Positions 43,866 to 44,110 of a stretch of DNA of 44,110 bases are shown piece by piece (the stretch's first letter is position 1; each line of letters starts with the position of its first letter). Both the position numbers and the translations under genes were made by a program. The stretch is from Gemmatimonadota bacterium (lineage in GTDB: Bacteria; Gemmatimonadota; Gemmatimonadetes; Gemmatimonadales; GWC2-71-9), in NCBI GenBank assembly GCA_003221005.1, contig QHTZ01000082.1, forward strand, positions 46,487-90,596. The letters are read 5' to 3'. Under the pieces are notes generated by a model that worked only from the letters and a program-made list of their open reading frames with translations, made no database searches and had not been told where the DNA came from.

Positions 43866-44110
43866 ATGTGCGGCATCTTCGGCGCCGTCTCCCTCAACGG
43901 GAAGCCACTGCGGCACCCGGACTGCCTGCACGCGATGGCCGCGACGCTCGCGCACCGTGGCCCGGATGGCGAGCGCATCGTCGGCCATGAGAGCGCGCAG
44001 CTGGGGGCGCGGCGGCTCGCCATCATGGACCTGACCACGGGCGACCAGCCGTTCCAGAGCCCCGACGGCGCCATCTGGATGGTGTGCAACGGCGAGATTT
44101 ACAACGCCCG
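43866..44110 (+). CDS. asnB: Asparagine synthase (glutamine-hydrolysing) family amidotransferase, 5' part
   Basis: MCGIFG...HRGPDG...RRLAIMDL..GDQP...NGEIYN; GGAGGAG SD; runs off the window end. Not in the ORF track. Confidence 0.93.
   Translation, partial: MCGIFGAVSLNGKPLRHPDCLHAMAATLAHRGPDGERIVGHESAQLGARRLAIMDLTTGDQPFQSPDGAIWMVCNGEIYNA

Noticed and set aside
1-44110. tRNA, rRNA, prophage, IS or integron
   Set aside because: No such genes or structures recognised; intergenic gaps are short and accounted for.

Overview
A very GC-rich, gene-dense bacterial chromosomal segment with about 42 genes, mostly on the + strand. Gene content and style suggest a soil Gemmatimonadota-like diderm; this is inference, as no marker gene is present. 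I see no rRNA, tRNA, CRISPR, transposase, integrase or phage genes. From left to right: (1) small membrane and redox genes, a GNAT, a patatin and an unknown secreted/membrane protein; (2) a tightly coupled run of deoC, an ACE-like M2 peptidase, a two-domain ALDH16-type aldehyde dehydrogenase and a SAM methyltransferase; (3) YccA, SRPBCC, DinB, MFS, a second patatin and Hsp15; (4) a TolC/MFP/MdtBC-type RND pump, dienelactone hydrolase, DUF3052 and acyl-CoA dehydrogenase; (5) aminotransferase, OPT, a BtuF-like protein and an M42 peptidase; (6) a HEAT protein, an M28-PDZ peptidase, MsrC and a NitT/TauT-type ABC pair without a binding protein; (7) a hydrolase, nth, M20 amidohydrolase, YyaL, cyclophilin, DUF6941, an ArnT-like GT39 and partial asnB. 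The most unusual signals lie outside the gene list. Several short-unit (7-10 nt) tandem arrays, often paired with their own reverse complement, sit at gene 3' ends and in frame inside proteins. TAnnnT boxes lie directly before SD-less ATGs, consistent with leaderless mRNAs. Two genes have ACG where the start codon is expected, and two genes appear to carry in-frame internal deletions. I cannot confirm a new biological system from sequence alone. The repeat elements and the ACE gene inside the deoC-ALDH16 run are the best candidates.
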